DNA from: Eubacteriales bacterium
GTDB lineage: Bacteria > Bacillota > Clostridia > Oscillospirales > CAG-272
Reading direction: 5' to 3'
Length of the DNA stretch: 64,000 nt
Assembly: GCA_045587385.1 (NCBI GenBank)
Contig: JAZNCE010000128.1
Location: 341 to 64,340 of the forward strand
Of the stretch, positions 17,790 through 27,237 are shown piece after piece. The position numbers and the translations under genes are program-made. The notes under the pieces are model-generated. The model did no database searches, had not been told where the DNA came from, and saw only the letters and a program-made list of their open reading frames with translations. Every line of letters starts with the position of its first letter. Within the stretch, counting starts at the first letter, position 1.

Positions 17790-18248
17790 TCACTTTTTCG
17801 TCTTTGCCCCGCGAACGCGGACGGTAAAGGTCTTTGCGCATCTTGGGCAGCGCACGGTATGCTTGCCCTTCTCTCTGGGCAATCGCAGGGTGGATTTGCA
17901 TTTCGGGCAATCGCGGAACACGTGGGTATCGGTGTCCTTGTTGCCGCCGTGTCTGCGGAACAGGCAGCGCACCTTATATTCAAATGCGCACCATTTGCTG
18001 TTTTCGGCTTGCCTTTTATAGATCTTGCGCGAAAAGGTACGCGCAGTAGACCAGATGCAGAGTGCCAGCGAGCCTGCATACAGCACCGATGACACGATGC
18101 CGCCCGCCAAGGTTCTGCCCCATATCAGCGACACGGGCAGCGAGATGCCCAAAAGCACCAACGCAACGACGGACAAGACACGATTCAGCCTGTCCGTGCC
18201 ATAGCGTCCGTACATGAATTTATAAAGCTTTTCTTGAAAATTTGCCAT
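17790..18248 (-). CDS. Conserved membrane protein with C-terminal Zn finger
   Basis: FMYGRYGTDRLN, two TMs, CPKC...LRLP..KG....RCPRC. Confidence 0.8.
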   Translation of the reverse strand: MANFQEKLYKFMYGRYGTDRLNRVLSVVALVLLGISLPVSLIWGRTLAGGIVSSVLYAGSLALCIWSTARTFSRKIYKRQAENSKWCAFEYKVRCLFRRHGGNKDTDTHVFRDCPKCKSTLRLPREKGKHTVRCPRCAKTFTVRVRGAKTKK

Positions 18249-18369
18249 TTTTACAACCTCATTTTGTCATATTGTGCACATCATAGCACACAATTATGAA
18301 CCGCGCGTGAAAGATCATGCGCAAAAGCATAACCGCCAAGGAATTTTCTGTTACAAATTTCTCTACAAA

Positions 18370-18395
18370 GGGGCTGCATTCCAAAATGCAGCCCC
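18370..18395. terminator. Terminator hairpin after the CotH-domain gene
   Basis: GGGGCTGCATT-CCAA-AATGCAGCCCC. Confidence 0.65.
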
Positions 18396-18409
18396 AAATC
18401 TTATTTTAC

Positions 18410-21400
18410 TTAAAACAACGCCTGCGCCATATTGACGCTGCCACCTGCCTTGCCGTTGCCTGCCTGGCCGTAGGTGTTGTCGCCCTGCGCCTGGATGGTG
18501 CCGTCCTCAAAAAGGAACAAGCTGAACTGATAGCCCGACGCAATATCCTTGACGCCGCCTGCGATCATCTTACCGGGCGTGCCCGAGGTGGCATTCACGC
18601 TGCCCAAAGCACCGCCCATGTTGGAGCCGTAGCCCCAGACAGAGCCGTCGGTCTTGAGAATGAGCATGTTGCTGTTGTGCAGCACCGCCTTTTTGACGCC
18701 GTTCGTCAGCTTGACCGCACCGCCCGTGCCCTGGCCCTGACCCCAACCGTTCAAGGATCTCCAGCCTGCGTAGTACAGCTCACCCTTGGAGTTGATCAGC
18801 ACGATCTGATGCTCGCCCGTGGACATATAGGTAACGCCCGCAAGCAGCTTATGCGGTGTATTATATTTATCCGCATCCGTGCCAAACTTCTGCCAGCGGT
18901 TATCGCCCAGCACATAGCAGGTGTTGCTTGTATCGGTATAGAAAGTGTTTCTTCTGCCCGCTGCAATCAGCTTTACGTTGCTTGCCACCACCTGGAACGT
19001 GGTCGTGGTGCCACCGTCATTGCGTTTGCCGAGCTGACCGTAGGTATTGGAGCCAACGCCCCAAAGCACGCCCTCCTCGTCAAGCACGAGCAAATGGTCG
19101 TGACCAACGCTGATGTCCACGATCTTTTTATCAAACTTGACAAGTCCTGCGCGGTCATCGGTTGACGTACCGTTTCTGCCAAGCTGTCCTGCGCCGTTTG
19201 CGCCAACCGTATAAAGCTGACCGTCCAGCGTCAGATACGCCATCATGGTTGCGTTATTGTTATTCTCACAGTCGTTGCTGTGGCAGACCTCCACCTTGGC
19301 AACGCCGGAAGCCACCAGCGTAGGCATGGAGATCTTGCCGCCCCCGGGAATACCCAGAATGCCGTTTTCGTTCATGCCCCAGGCATACAGATCCCCGGTT
19401 TCCGTCAGATAATAGGACGAATGCCCGCTTGCGGTAATACCGCTCTGCACGCCCGCGACAGGAGTCTGCGCACTATTGGACTTGGTGTTGATGATCAAAG
19501 TACCGGAGGACGAAACGGTAAACTGCGCCGCATTGCCCTGCGCGCTTTTACTCTCGCCCACAGTAGGCATAAACATAATGGAAGAAATGCTATATCCCTC
19601 TTTTGCGGTTGCATTGACAGTAAAGGTCACGTTCGCGGTAGTGCCCGGTTCGATTTCAAAAACGAATTCCGTGCCCGATGCGCTGACAGCTTCGCCGTTG
19701 AAGACAACCTCTGCGCGGTCGGGATTATAGCTGACCACAATCGTCTTCTCCGTGCCGATTTCCAGATCCGAGGGAGAAATGCCGAAATAAGAGCACAGCA
19801 TGGGGATCACGTACTTCTCTCTGTTACGTACGAAGCTGTACATATTCTCAACCGAGGTGCGATATTGATTTTCGCTCGCACCCCAACGCTTACTCTGCAG
19901 CTCGACCAGCGGCTCGCGCTCACTTACGATCGCATCCAGCTCGGCTTCCAAAAATTCGGGGGTATAAATACGGTCCACCACGTATGCAAAGCGCGAGATA
20001 AACGCCTGCTTGAAGCCCGCATTCTTGCAAAGTCCGTGCATAATGGTGCCGATCACCGTACCGGTAGAATCGATCCAACCAAAGAAATTTGCCTTTTCAG
20101 CGGTATCTGCCCAGTGCCCCATAGGATACATGGCAATACCCATATCCATATCAAGCAGAGTGAAATGCCACTTGGTATCCACGCTGCCCTCGGTGCGATT
20201 TTTGAAGACCTTAATATTATTCTCGGGCCAGTCGCGTGCATTGAAGAACAGGCGCGAGACGTACATATCCATAAAGGAATTGACGTCCAGTCGCTCCGCT
20301 ACGTACTGATAATGCTCCTCTTGTGAAAGGTCGTGCGTGCGGATGTAGTGCACGATGGCATTGAACTCGTCCGCATCCGCCTGCGTGGACTCCATGGGAA
20401 TAAAGGGAGCACCCGCATTGCCGCCAAGTACCAGCGCGTCATAGTCACTTTCGATGATTGCTACCTCATCCTTATTTGCACCCGTATGCGACTCCACGTA
20501 CTCGGGGCTGTAACGCTCGCGCGCGTTGTACACGCCCCAGAACTCACCGTTGATAAACAGCAGCACCGGTGCATACGCCATGGTATATACGTCAAGCTCT
20601 CTGGATACGCGCTGCATATATGCGTCACGGATAAAGGAATCCATGCAGTCGTTGCCCGAATTTCTAAGCAACAGACGCGAGAAATCGGTAATGGCGTGCC
20701 CCGCGTCGTCACGGGCGTAGCCGTCAAACAGATCGTAATTGAGATCTCCGTCCGTGCCGACAGCCGTGTTATTCGTACTCTTATAATAGACGCGCATGGA
20801 CTTCATGGGCCAGCCCGACGAGCCGTGTCCGCTGATGGCAAGCTCCACGTACGAGCTGCCGCGGCGCACACCGTCGGGGGAGAAGACCTCCATCATGCCG
20901 GTCTGGCGCTGGTTAGGTCCGCCGCCCGCGCTGCTATAGTGGGTATAGAAGCCTTGGCTGCCGTAGATCAGATTTCTGTCCATCGACAAGGACATCATGC
21001 TCACGCCGTAGTCGTAAAAGGTTTCGGAAATAAAATACGTATTGGTAAAAACGTCCGAATAGGTAAATCCGTCACTTGCATACGCCTTGATCACGTAGCC
21101 GCCGGGAAGAGATTTGCTGTTTGTACCAAAGCCGTGAGCGCTGCCGCCCTTGATGGTGTCTCCGATCGGCATATCGGAGGTATCGGTCAAAGAGATAGGC
21201 CCTGTGTATTCCTTGCCCTTTGCTTTGGGATCCGTGCCGTCGGTGGTATAGTAGATCTTAAACCCTTCCTTGGTACTCAGCTCAAGCGCAAAGCCCTCTT
21301 TATAAATGCCCGCGTCCCTGGAGAACTGCACCTCGAAAACGCGAGAACCAATCACGGTATTCTTGCCTTGGCTGCTCTCGGGACAAACCTGCTCCAGCTG

Positions 21401-22183
21401 CGCGGTAGTCGCCTCATTCAGGTTGACCTTATGGAAGCCGCTGTAATTTTTGAGCGCAGTACGCACCGCCACCTTGCTCTTGGACATGTTATCCACGGCA
21501 TAATGACTGTCATAGCCCGGCTCTGCGGCAACGAAATACGATACGGTGCCGTCAATGTTCTCCACAAGCGTAGCCTCATCAATATCCTGCCCCTTGGGCG
21601 CAAGAGAAAGCTGCATGTTGTTATTGTCCAGGATCACCGCCCATTCTGCGTCATACGACTCGATGGACAAAACGGCAAACGACTCGTCGTACTCTTCACC
21701 GTTCTTTTCGCGCGTCGCCTGCATGCGGATCAAATAATATCCTCCGGGTGCAATGCTTGCATCCTTGGGAAAAGTAAACTGTCTGTAGCCGTCACCCGTT
21801 TCCTCACGGTAATACAGTGCTGCATCTGTCAAGGGGGCTCTTTCGGTGCTTGTATTGTACAACTGGATAAAGCCGTGTCCCACGGCAGCGTCCTTGTTCT
21901 GCCCCGTGCCGTACACGGCAGAGATCAGCACGTCCTTGAACTGCTTGGCAACGTCGTACTGGGGATCATCGGGCTGCAGGATATCGTCCCCCGTCGTCTG
22001 TTCCTCTCCCGGACCGGGCGTATCCTCACCGGGCTGCGTAGTTTGTGCGGGATCATTTGTGCCGTCCTCGGCAGTCGTGTCGTCGGGTGATGTATTCGGT
22101 TGGCAGGCAGCAAACGCGCCCACCAGTAACAGCAATGCTAAAAGCAGCGAAAGTGCAGCTTTGAGGGATATTCTGTGTTTCAT
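18410..22183 (-). CDS. Large lipoprotein: lamin-tail-like domain, Fn3-associated domain, CotH kinase domain, C-terminal RCC1-like repeats
   Basis: Lipobox AFAAC; VLISAVYG..FIQLYN; IYYTTDGTDP; CotH-type LLLRNSGND, FINGEFWGVYNARE, DWPENN, DMDMG; repeated YAWGMNENGILG/WGVGSNTYGQLG/AQGDNTYGQAG. Confidence 0.82.
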   Translation of the reverse strand: MKHRISLKAALSLLLALLLLVGAFAACQPNTSPDDTTAEDGTNDPAQTTQPGEDTPGPGEEQTTGDDILQPDDPQYDVAKQFKDVLISAVYGTGQNKDAAVGHGFIQLYNTSTERAPLTDAALYYREETGDGYRQFTFPKDASIAPGGYYLIRMQATREKNGEEYDESFAVLSIESYDAEWAVILDNNNMQLSLAPKGQDIDEATLVENIDGTVSYFVAAEPGYDSHYAVDNMSKSKVAVRTALKNYSGFHKVNLNEATTAQLEQVCPESSQGKNTVIGSRVFEVQFSRDAGIYKEGFALELSTKEGFKIYYTTDGTDPKAKGKEYTGPISLTDTSDMPIGDTIKGGSAHGFGTNSKSLPGGYVIKAYASDGFTYSDVFTNTYFISETFYDYGVSMMSLSMDRNLIYGSQGFYTHYSSAGGGPNQRQTGMMEVFSPDGVRRGSSYVELAISGHGSSGWPMKSMRVYYKSTNNTAVGTDGDLNYDLFDGYARDDAGHAITDFSRLLLRNSGNDCMDSFIRDAYMQRVSRELDVYTMAYAPVLLFINGEFWGVYNARERYSPEYVESHTGANKDEVAIIESDYDALVLGGNAGAPFIPMESTQADADEFNAIVHYIRTHDLSQEEHYQYVAERLDVNSFMDMYVSRLFFNARDWPENNIKVFKNRTEGSVDTKWHFTLLDMDMGIAMYPMGHWADTAEKANFFGWIDSTGTVIGTIMHGLCKNAGFKQAFISRFAYVVDRIYTPEFLEAELDAIVSEREPLVELQSKRWGASENQYRTSVENMYSFVRNREKYVIPMLCSYFGISPSDLEIGTEKTIVVSYNPDRAEVVFNGEAVSASGTEFVFEIEPGTTANVTFTVNATAKEGYSISSIMFMPTVGESKSAQGNAAQFTVSSSGTLIINTKSNSAQTPVAGVQSGITASGHSSYYLTETGDLYAWGMNENGILGIPGGGKISMPTLVASGVAKVEVCHSNDCENNNNATMMAYLTLDGQLYTVGANGAGQLGRNGTSTDDRAGLVKFDKKIVDISVGHDHLLVLDEEGVLWGVGSNTYGQLGKRNDGGTTTTFQVVASNVKLIAAGRRNTFYTDTSNTCYVLGDNRWQKFGTDADKYNTPHKLLAGVTYMSTGEHQIVLINSKGELYYAGWRSLNGWGQGQGTGGAVKLTNGVKKAVLHNSNMLILKTDGSVWGYGSNMGGALGSVNATSGTPGKMIAGGVKDIASGYQFSLFLFEDGTIQAQGDNTYGQAGNGKAGGSVNMAQALF

Positions 22184-22245
22184 GGATATTCCTCCTTGAA
22201 GTGAGATTTTATATATAAAGCCGTCATAATCTGAATTGATTTTTT

Positions 22246-22274
22246 ATTATACCATACTTTTATATAATTGTAAA
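22246..22274 (-). promoter_or_regulatory. sigma-A promoter of the CotH-domain gene
   Basis: Minus strand TTTACA-N17-TATAAT with TG extension. Confidence 0.7.
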
Positions 22275-22321
22275 CACTTTCACCGCTCAAAATTGTAAAT
22301 TCTGCCAAAATCCACACCAAA

Positions 22322-22337
22322 TGTGATATTTGTCACA
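22322..22337. promoter_or_regulatory. TGTGA-N6-TCACA operator (Crp/Fnr- or Rex-type)
   Basis: AAATGTGATATTTGTCACATAAA. Confidence 0.55.
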
Positions 22338-22348
22338 TAAAACGCATC

Positions 22349-22385
22349 AAAAAAGAGGTCTGCCCTCAATGGGCAGACCTCTTTG
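22349..22385 (-). terminator. Intrinsic terminator of the SBP operon
   Basis: AAAAAAGAGGTCTGCCC-TCAAT-GGGCAGACCTCTTT. Confidence 0.8.
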
Positions 22386-22397
22386 TACTGTTTTACT

Positions 22398-23912
22398 TTA
22401 ATTCATCTTTTCATACGCAGCGATCAGCTTATCCAACGATTTTTGGAACGCCTTTTGCTGCTGCGTCAGCCAAGTGGCAACAGTGCCGGATTGCTGATCC
22501 AACAAAGTGCCGAAATACTGCACCTTGCTTCCAAGCTCACCGATCAGATAATTACTGCCGAAATCCAGGGTCTTGCTTTCCCAGATCAGCATCAGCATCT
22601 CAGAGTCCTGCACGAAGTGGCATACCTTGGCGGAAATGCGATCCCTGTAAAGACCGTCCGAGATCTGTGCCAATGCTTCGAGAGCATAGCCAGCCAAATC
22701 GTAATTGCGCGCACTCTTAGGCACCATAACGGCAGGTGCAGCTGTGGAAACCAATGCTTGGTAATTCTCCTGCTCCTCATCCAACTTGGGATACGGCAAT
22801 ATGCCGTACGACATTCCCGACCCGTACCTTTCCAACGTATAATTCACATCCGTACCGTAGAGCAGCGCACGCCCACTTTCGAACAGCACCTGCGGCTCCT
22901 GCTCAATAGCGTCCGTGAAAGAATATGTGGGCAGATACGTGCAGCCGCGATCCAGAACCATTGTGTAAAACTCGTCATATGCCATCATCATACGGTCAAG
23001 CGCGGTGTCATTGACTACGGGCAGATTTTGTGCATCCTTGCCGACCAGCATAACGTCTGCACCGCAAGCAAACGCATACGTGCGATCCCCCTCCAGAGCC
23101 AAGCCAAAGCGATCATCGCTGTCTTTCATGCCGTTTCCGTTGAGATCCGTGTACGACATATTGACGAAGGTGTGCATCTTTGCCAGCGTCCAGCCGCCGC
23201 AGATTACGTAATCATACAGATCCACGCCCATTTCATCTGCCATCTGACTATGAAAGGCAATCATGGCGGTGTGCAGATCGGAGGACGGCAACAAAGCACC
23301 CGTTGCCATGGGCACGTAATTGCCTATTGCAAGCCCCTCGTTGACGCTTGCATCCCATGCAGAGCCGGTCAGATCTACGTAGGCAAGCGTGCCCAGATCA
23401 ACCAGATATCCGTTTTGCGCAAGCTCCGCACCGGAATTGGCGATTTCCGCCATCACGATATCGTAATCCGGAACACCCGCCTGTACAGCCGTTTTGGTCA
23501 TATTCGCAATTTCTGTAGGACTGACATATTCCGTATTGATACGGATATTAAACGCTTCCTCAACCGCTTGATTGCGCGCATATGAGAGCTCGTGCACGAA
23601 GCTTGTCGACACATCGAGCAAACCGATATCTCTGTGAGAGCTTCCCAAAATCGTGATGGTTTCTCCCGGAAAAACGTTCTCGGGCAGATCCACGGCGGGA
23701 TGCTCCTCTACGAGCACGTCGGTCTCTATCCACGTTTCCTCAATCCACGTTTCCTCAACTGCGGTTTCGGGCACAAAATCATCGCTCGGGATGTAGTCTC
23801 CCACTCCCTCACTAAACAGCTCGCCCACAAGCCCGCCAAACTCCATATCACACGCCGCAAACGAGCCGATCAGCAAAAGGCTGACCAATATCAATATCAA
23901 TCTTTTTTTCAT
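22398..23912 (-). CDS. Extracellular solute-binding lipoprotein (family 1-like), copy A3
   Basis: Lipobox SFAAC; GWTLAKM, DLNGNG, FESGRALLY, YGILPYPKLDEEQ, GYALEALA. Confidence 0.85.
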   Translation of the reverse strand: MKKRLILILVSLLLIGSFAACDMEFGGLVGELFSEGVGDYIPSDDFVPETAVEETWIEETWIETDVLVEEHPAVDLPENVFPGETITILGSSHRDIGLLDVSTSFVHELSYARNQAVEEAFNIRINTEYVSPTEIANMTKTAVQAGVPDYDIVMAEIANSGAELAQNGYLVDLGTLAYVDLTGSAWDASVNEGLAIGNYVPMATGALLPSSDLHTAMIAFHSQMADEMGVDLYDYVICGGWTLAKMHTFVNMSYTDLNGNGMKDSDDRFGLALEGDRTYAFACGADVMLVGKDAQNLPVVNDTALDRMMMAYDEFYTMVLDRGCTYLPTYSFTDAIEQEPQVLFESGRALLYGTDVNYTLERYGSGMSYGILPYPKLDEEQENYQALVSTAAPAVMVPKSARNYDLAGYALEALAQISDGLYRDRISAKVCHFVQDSEMLMLIWESKTLDFGSNYLIGELGSKVQYFGTLLDQQSGTVATWLTQQQKAFQKSLDKLIAAYEKMN

Positions 23913-23978
23913 ACGATCATCCTCCTTGGAAAAATCGAAATTTCATTTTGCATAGCTCACATACGCCCTTGCCAAAGA

Positions 23979-25439
23979 TCAATTGTTCTCCCGAACGCTT
24001 TGATATACCCCTTCAAGATACGTCAAAAACTCTTTTTTGTATGCCTGCAGATAAGTAGCTGTACCCTGGCGCAACGGCTTTACCTCGTGTCCTCCGACTT
24101 GCAGCAGGGTAAGATCCAAACAGCAGCGGGCATTTTCCATGACGGTAAAGCATGCGTTTGCAGAGTTTGGATTGGGATTGACCTTATAGATCAGCTCCTC
24201 GATCGCGGGCTGCATATGGTTTGCCGCCAGAACGGAAAGCACGTTGAGTGCCATGCCCACCTCACCGTCTCCGCTGCGCGAAACGCTTAAAAAGCTGCCG
24301 CGATTACAGCTTGCAACGGCGGGCACGTAGTGACCTACCATATCAGGCACGGGGACTACGCACACGGGAAAGCTTGCACAGGTGTACAGAGCATCCTTAC
24401 CGTCCAGCCCCACAACGCGACTGAGCGTGGTTGCGTAAAACAGCGCATTTCCGGAAAGGAACACCTCTTGCGGATTTTGAGCTTCGCATGACACGCGTTC
24501 CAAATGTGCCCATGAACTGTACAGCAACTCACAAAACGATACTGTATTCTCTCCGTACGTGCCGTTCGTGAAGATCTCAATACCGCTGTTTTCAAGCACA
24601 AATGCTTCACTTTTGTAGCGTTCATATACCGTGCCGACGCGATCTTCTTGATTGATGCTGCCATTCCCATTGAGGTCGGATGTCGCCTCGGTACATATAC
24701 CTATGTATTTCGTGTTTTCCCACGCATCCGAATTCACGATATCGTATATATCCTGATAACCGATCTCGTTCATCAGATCCTCGTTAAACACAAGGCAATT
24801 CGCGTCAAGCTGCGCGTAAGGCGTCAGATATCCCGCAAAGGAATATTGCGCACCTTCAAATTGCAGATCTGCATTCATCCGCTCAAACCAGCAGCCGTTA
24901 TTCATTTCAAAGCCCTCAAGCGAGTTTTGATTATGAAACGCCCCCGACATGGCAACCTCACCTGCGCTTGACAGAGGCAGGTAGCAAAGCATGATCATAC
25001 CCGAGCCCGCTTGCGTTTCGCTTACGGCAAGCTCAATGATTTCCGCTCCCGTCAGGGTCTGCTTGTGATAGATCTCATATCCGTAAAGCCCGGTAAACTG
25101 CTCCGCCATGGCAACAAACGCCTGATCAATCACCTCGGCACCCGTGTCAATGTGAAAGCCGATGCCGTCCGACGCCTCAAACATGATCAACTCCTGCGAC
25201 AAATTCAAGCTGTCGGGAAAGCCGTACAGCTCCTCGCCGGGTCCCATGGTATAGGTTTCCTCGGGATCAATCGCGGGACTTGGCGGCACAACACCGATCA
25301 AAGAATCCAAAATACCGCCCCCGGGCAGATCCGCGTCCGACAGCAACTCGCCCACAAGCCCGCCAAACTCCATATCGCATGCGGCAAGTGCGCAAAGCAA
25401 GACAACGCACACCAGCGCGATTGCAATTCTCTTTTTCAT
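23979..25439 (-). CDS. Extracellular solute-binding lipoprotein, divergent copy A2
   Basis: Start MKKRIA at 25439 (RBS GGGGAG); lipobox LAAC; DLNGNG, FLSGNALFY. Confidence 0.78.
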   Translation of the reverse strand: MKKRIAIALVCVVLLCALAACDMEFGGLVGELLSDADLPGGGILDSLIGVVPPSPAIDPEETYTMGPGEELYGFPDSLNLSQELIMFEASDGIGFHIDTGAEVIDQAFVAMAEQFTGLYGYEIYHKQTLTGAEIIELAVSETQAGSGMIMLCYLPLSSAGEVAMSGAFHNQNSLEGFEMNNGCWFERMNADLQFEGAQYSFAGYLTPYAQLDANCLVFNEDLMNEIGYQDIYDIVNSDAWENTKYIGICTEATSDLNGNGSINQEDRVGTVYERYKSEAFVLENSGIEIFTNGTYGENTVSFCELLYSSWAHLERVSCEAQNPQEVFLSGNALFYATTLSRVVGLDGKDALYTCASFPVCVVPVPDMVGHYVPAVASCNRGSFLSVSRSGDGEVGMALNVLSVLAANHMQPAIEELIYKVNPNPNSANACFTVMENARCCLDLTLLQVGGHEVKPLRQGTATYLQAYKKEFLTYLEGVYQSVRENN

Positions 25440-25453
25440 GTTCAATCTCCCCA

Positions 25454-27073
25454 TTATCCGTGACTGAATTGATCGATCAGCTTATCCAAGGCTTTGATCA
25501 ACGCACGCTCAGTTTGCTTGATAGCAGAGTTCACGCCGGTGTGCTTTTGACTCAAACCATTTTGGAAGAGGTTCACCGCCGTGCTGTTCGAAGCATTGAG
25601 GCTGAAATACACCGAACCGAAATCCGCGGTTCTGGTTTGCAGGATCAGTTGCAGCATTTCAGCTCCGTCGGCATCCGTCAGCCCGCGAAGCATCGCCTCT
25701 TCGATTGCCGCACCGTACAAATCATACGACGCTCTCGCCATAGCCTCCAGCGTATATCCCGTCAGCTTCAGATTGCGCGCAGACTGCGGCACCATCACAA
25801 CCGACGCGGTATTCAGCACGGGAGAGCGGTAGTCGGTATCCTCCGAGCTGTACTTGGGATACGGCAAAATTCCCATGGATACTCCCGTTCCCATCAGCTC
25901 GATCGCGCCTTGCAGCGTCGTGCCGTAAAACAGCACTCTACCCTCTGCAAACGCCTGCGCGGGCATTTCGGCAAGATCGGGCGACGCAATGTAATCCGAC
26001 ATACTGACGTAAAGCGAAGGATTACCGATACACAGGTCATACACCGTAGCATACACCTCGTTGATGCGCTCCACGTTCTGATCGGCATACACGGGCAGAT
26101 TGTCTGCATCCTTACGAATGATCACAGCCTCGGTAGATGCGGCAAACGCCTGGTCGGTTTCAAAGGTCGTGCCCGCAAAGCCAAGTCTGTCAACTTCTGC
26201 AGAGATCACGCCATCACCATTGAGATCCGCAGTAACGTAGCGCGCTGCATCCATCAACGCATATATATTCCAAGAGCCTTTGCGTACAAAGTGAGGCAGA
26301 TTTTCCAAGCCCGTTGTAAGCGCGGGATTGTAAACGATCAGCGAAGTCTGCAGCAGCGCGTCGGGCGTGACAGCACCGCTTGCCATAGGCAAATTGCCGC
26401 CCATTCCGTACGCCTCGTCACAGAAGGGATCCCACCATTCCGCAGACAAACTGATGTAAGGCAGATCATGCATATTCACCAAATATCCGTTCGTGGCAAG
26501 ATCCGTAGCGGCTCTTGCCATTTGCGCATAGACGATATCAAAATCCCCCTGTCCTGCGTGGACGTCGTTTCGGACAAGATCCGTGAGATTTATCGCATCT
26601 TCCGCGAACAACAGCTCAAGCTCGATCCCGTAAACCTGATACATCATCAGATTGCGCTCCAAGGTCGCCTGCGTGACCACGTCCGCATAGTTCACCTCGG
26701 GCAAGCCAAGGTCAATCTGCTTGTATCCCAGCACCGTCACACTCTCTCCCGCATACAGGTCGCCGGGCAGATCTTCAATCACAGAACCACCGGTCGCAAT
26801 CTCCGAGGTCATTTCATCCCACGTCTGCGGGGGCTCGGTGTCGATCGGCCACGTTTCCAATACTTCCGTTTCGGGGAATAGGGTTTCTTCGTTCCATACG
26901 GTTTCGGGCTCTACTTGCACAGGCGGAGTCAATATCCCGTTATCAACGTCGACCTCGGGTGCTTCCCCGCTGCCAAGCAGATCGCCCACAAGCCCGCCAA
27001 ACTCCATATCACACGCCACAAACGAGCCGATCAGCAAAAGGCTGATCAATATCAATGTCAATCTTTTTTTCAT
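25454..27073 (-). CDS. Extracellular solute-binding lipoprotein, copy A1
   Basis: Lipobox FVAC; DLNGDG, FAEGRVLFY, GILPYPKYS. Confidence 0.85.
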   Translation of the reverse strand: MKKRLTLILISLLLIGSFVACDMEFGGLVGDLLGSGEAPEVDVDNGILTPPVQVEPETVWNEETLFPETEVLETWPIDTEPPQTWDEMTSEIATGGSVIEDLPGDLYAGESVTVLGYKQIDLGLPEVNYADVVTQATLERNLMMYQVYGIELELLFAEDAINLTDLVRNDVHAGQGDFDIVYAQMARAATDLATNGYLVNMHDLPYISLSAEWWDPFCDEAYGMGGNLPMASGAVTPDALLQTSLIVYNPALTTGLENLPHFVRKGSWNIYALMDAARYVTADLNGDGVISAEVDRLGFAGTTFETDQAFAASTEAVIIRKDADNLPVYADQNVERINEVYATVYDLCIGNPSLYVSMSDYIASPDLAEMPAQAFAEGRVLFYGTTLQGAIELMGTGVSMGILPYPKYSSEDTDYRSPVLNTASVVMVPQSARNLKLTGYTLEAMARASYDLYGAAIEEAMLRGLTDADGAEMLQLILQTRTADFGSVYFSLNASNSTAVNLFQNGLSQKHTGVNSAIKQTERALIKALDKLIDQFSHG

Positions 27074-27106
27074 ACGCTATTCCTCCTTTTCAAAGTCTTC
27101 GAGTTC

Positions 27107-27135
27107 ATTTTAGCACATTTTTTCTCATTTGTAAA
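27107..27135 (-). promoter_or_regulatory. sigma-A promoter for SBP A1-A3
   Basis: Minus strand TTTACA-N17-TAAAAT. Confidence 0.55.
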
Positions 27136-27160
27136 GGGTTTCCCGATCCCTACATATATA

Positions 27161-27187
27161 TAGACGCCAAAAATGCAAAAAAGTTCC
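27161..27187 (-). promoter_or_regulatory. ECF-type promoter for SBP A1-A3
   Basis: Minus strand GGAAC-N16-CGTCTA; same architecture as 35529-35555. Confidence 0.6.
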
Positions 27188-27217
27188 GCGAAAATCGAAA
27201 AAATTTTCGCGGAACTC
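27176..27217 (-). terminator. Terminator of SBP B2, overlapping the ECF -35
   Basis: Minus strand GAGTTCCGCGAAAAT...ATTTTCGCGGAACT-TTTTT. Confidence 0.75.
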
Positions 27218-27237
27218 AAAATTTTATTGTTTAATCA

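Noticed and set aside
18317-22090. Several long plus-strand ORFs (282, 348, 585 aa)
   Set aside because: Antisense shadows of the CotH/RCC1 gene.
23729-23760. 15-bp tandem repeat (EETWI twice) as a phase-variation locus
   Set aside because: In-frame, two copies, in a low-complexity linker.
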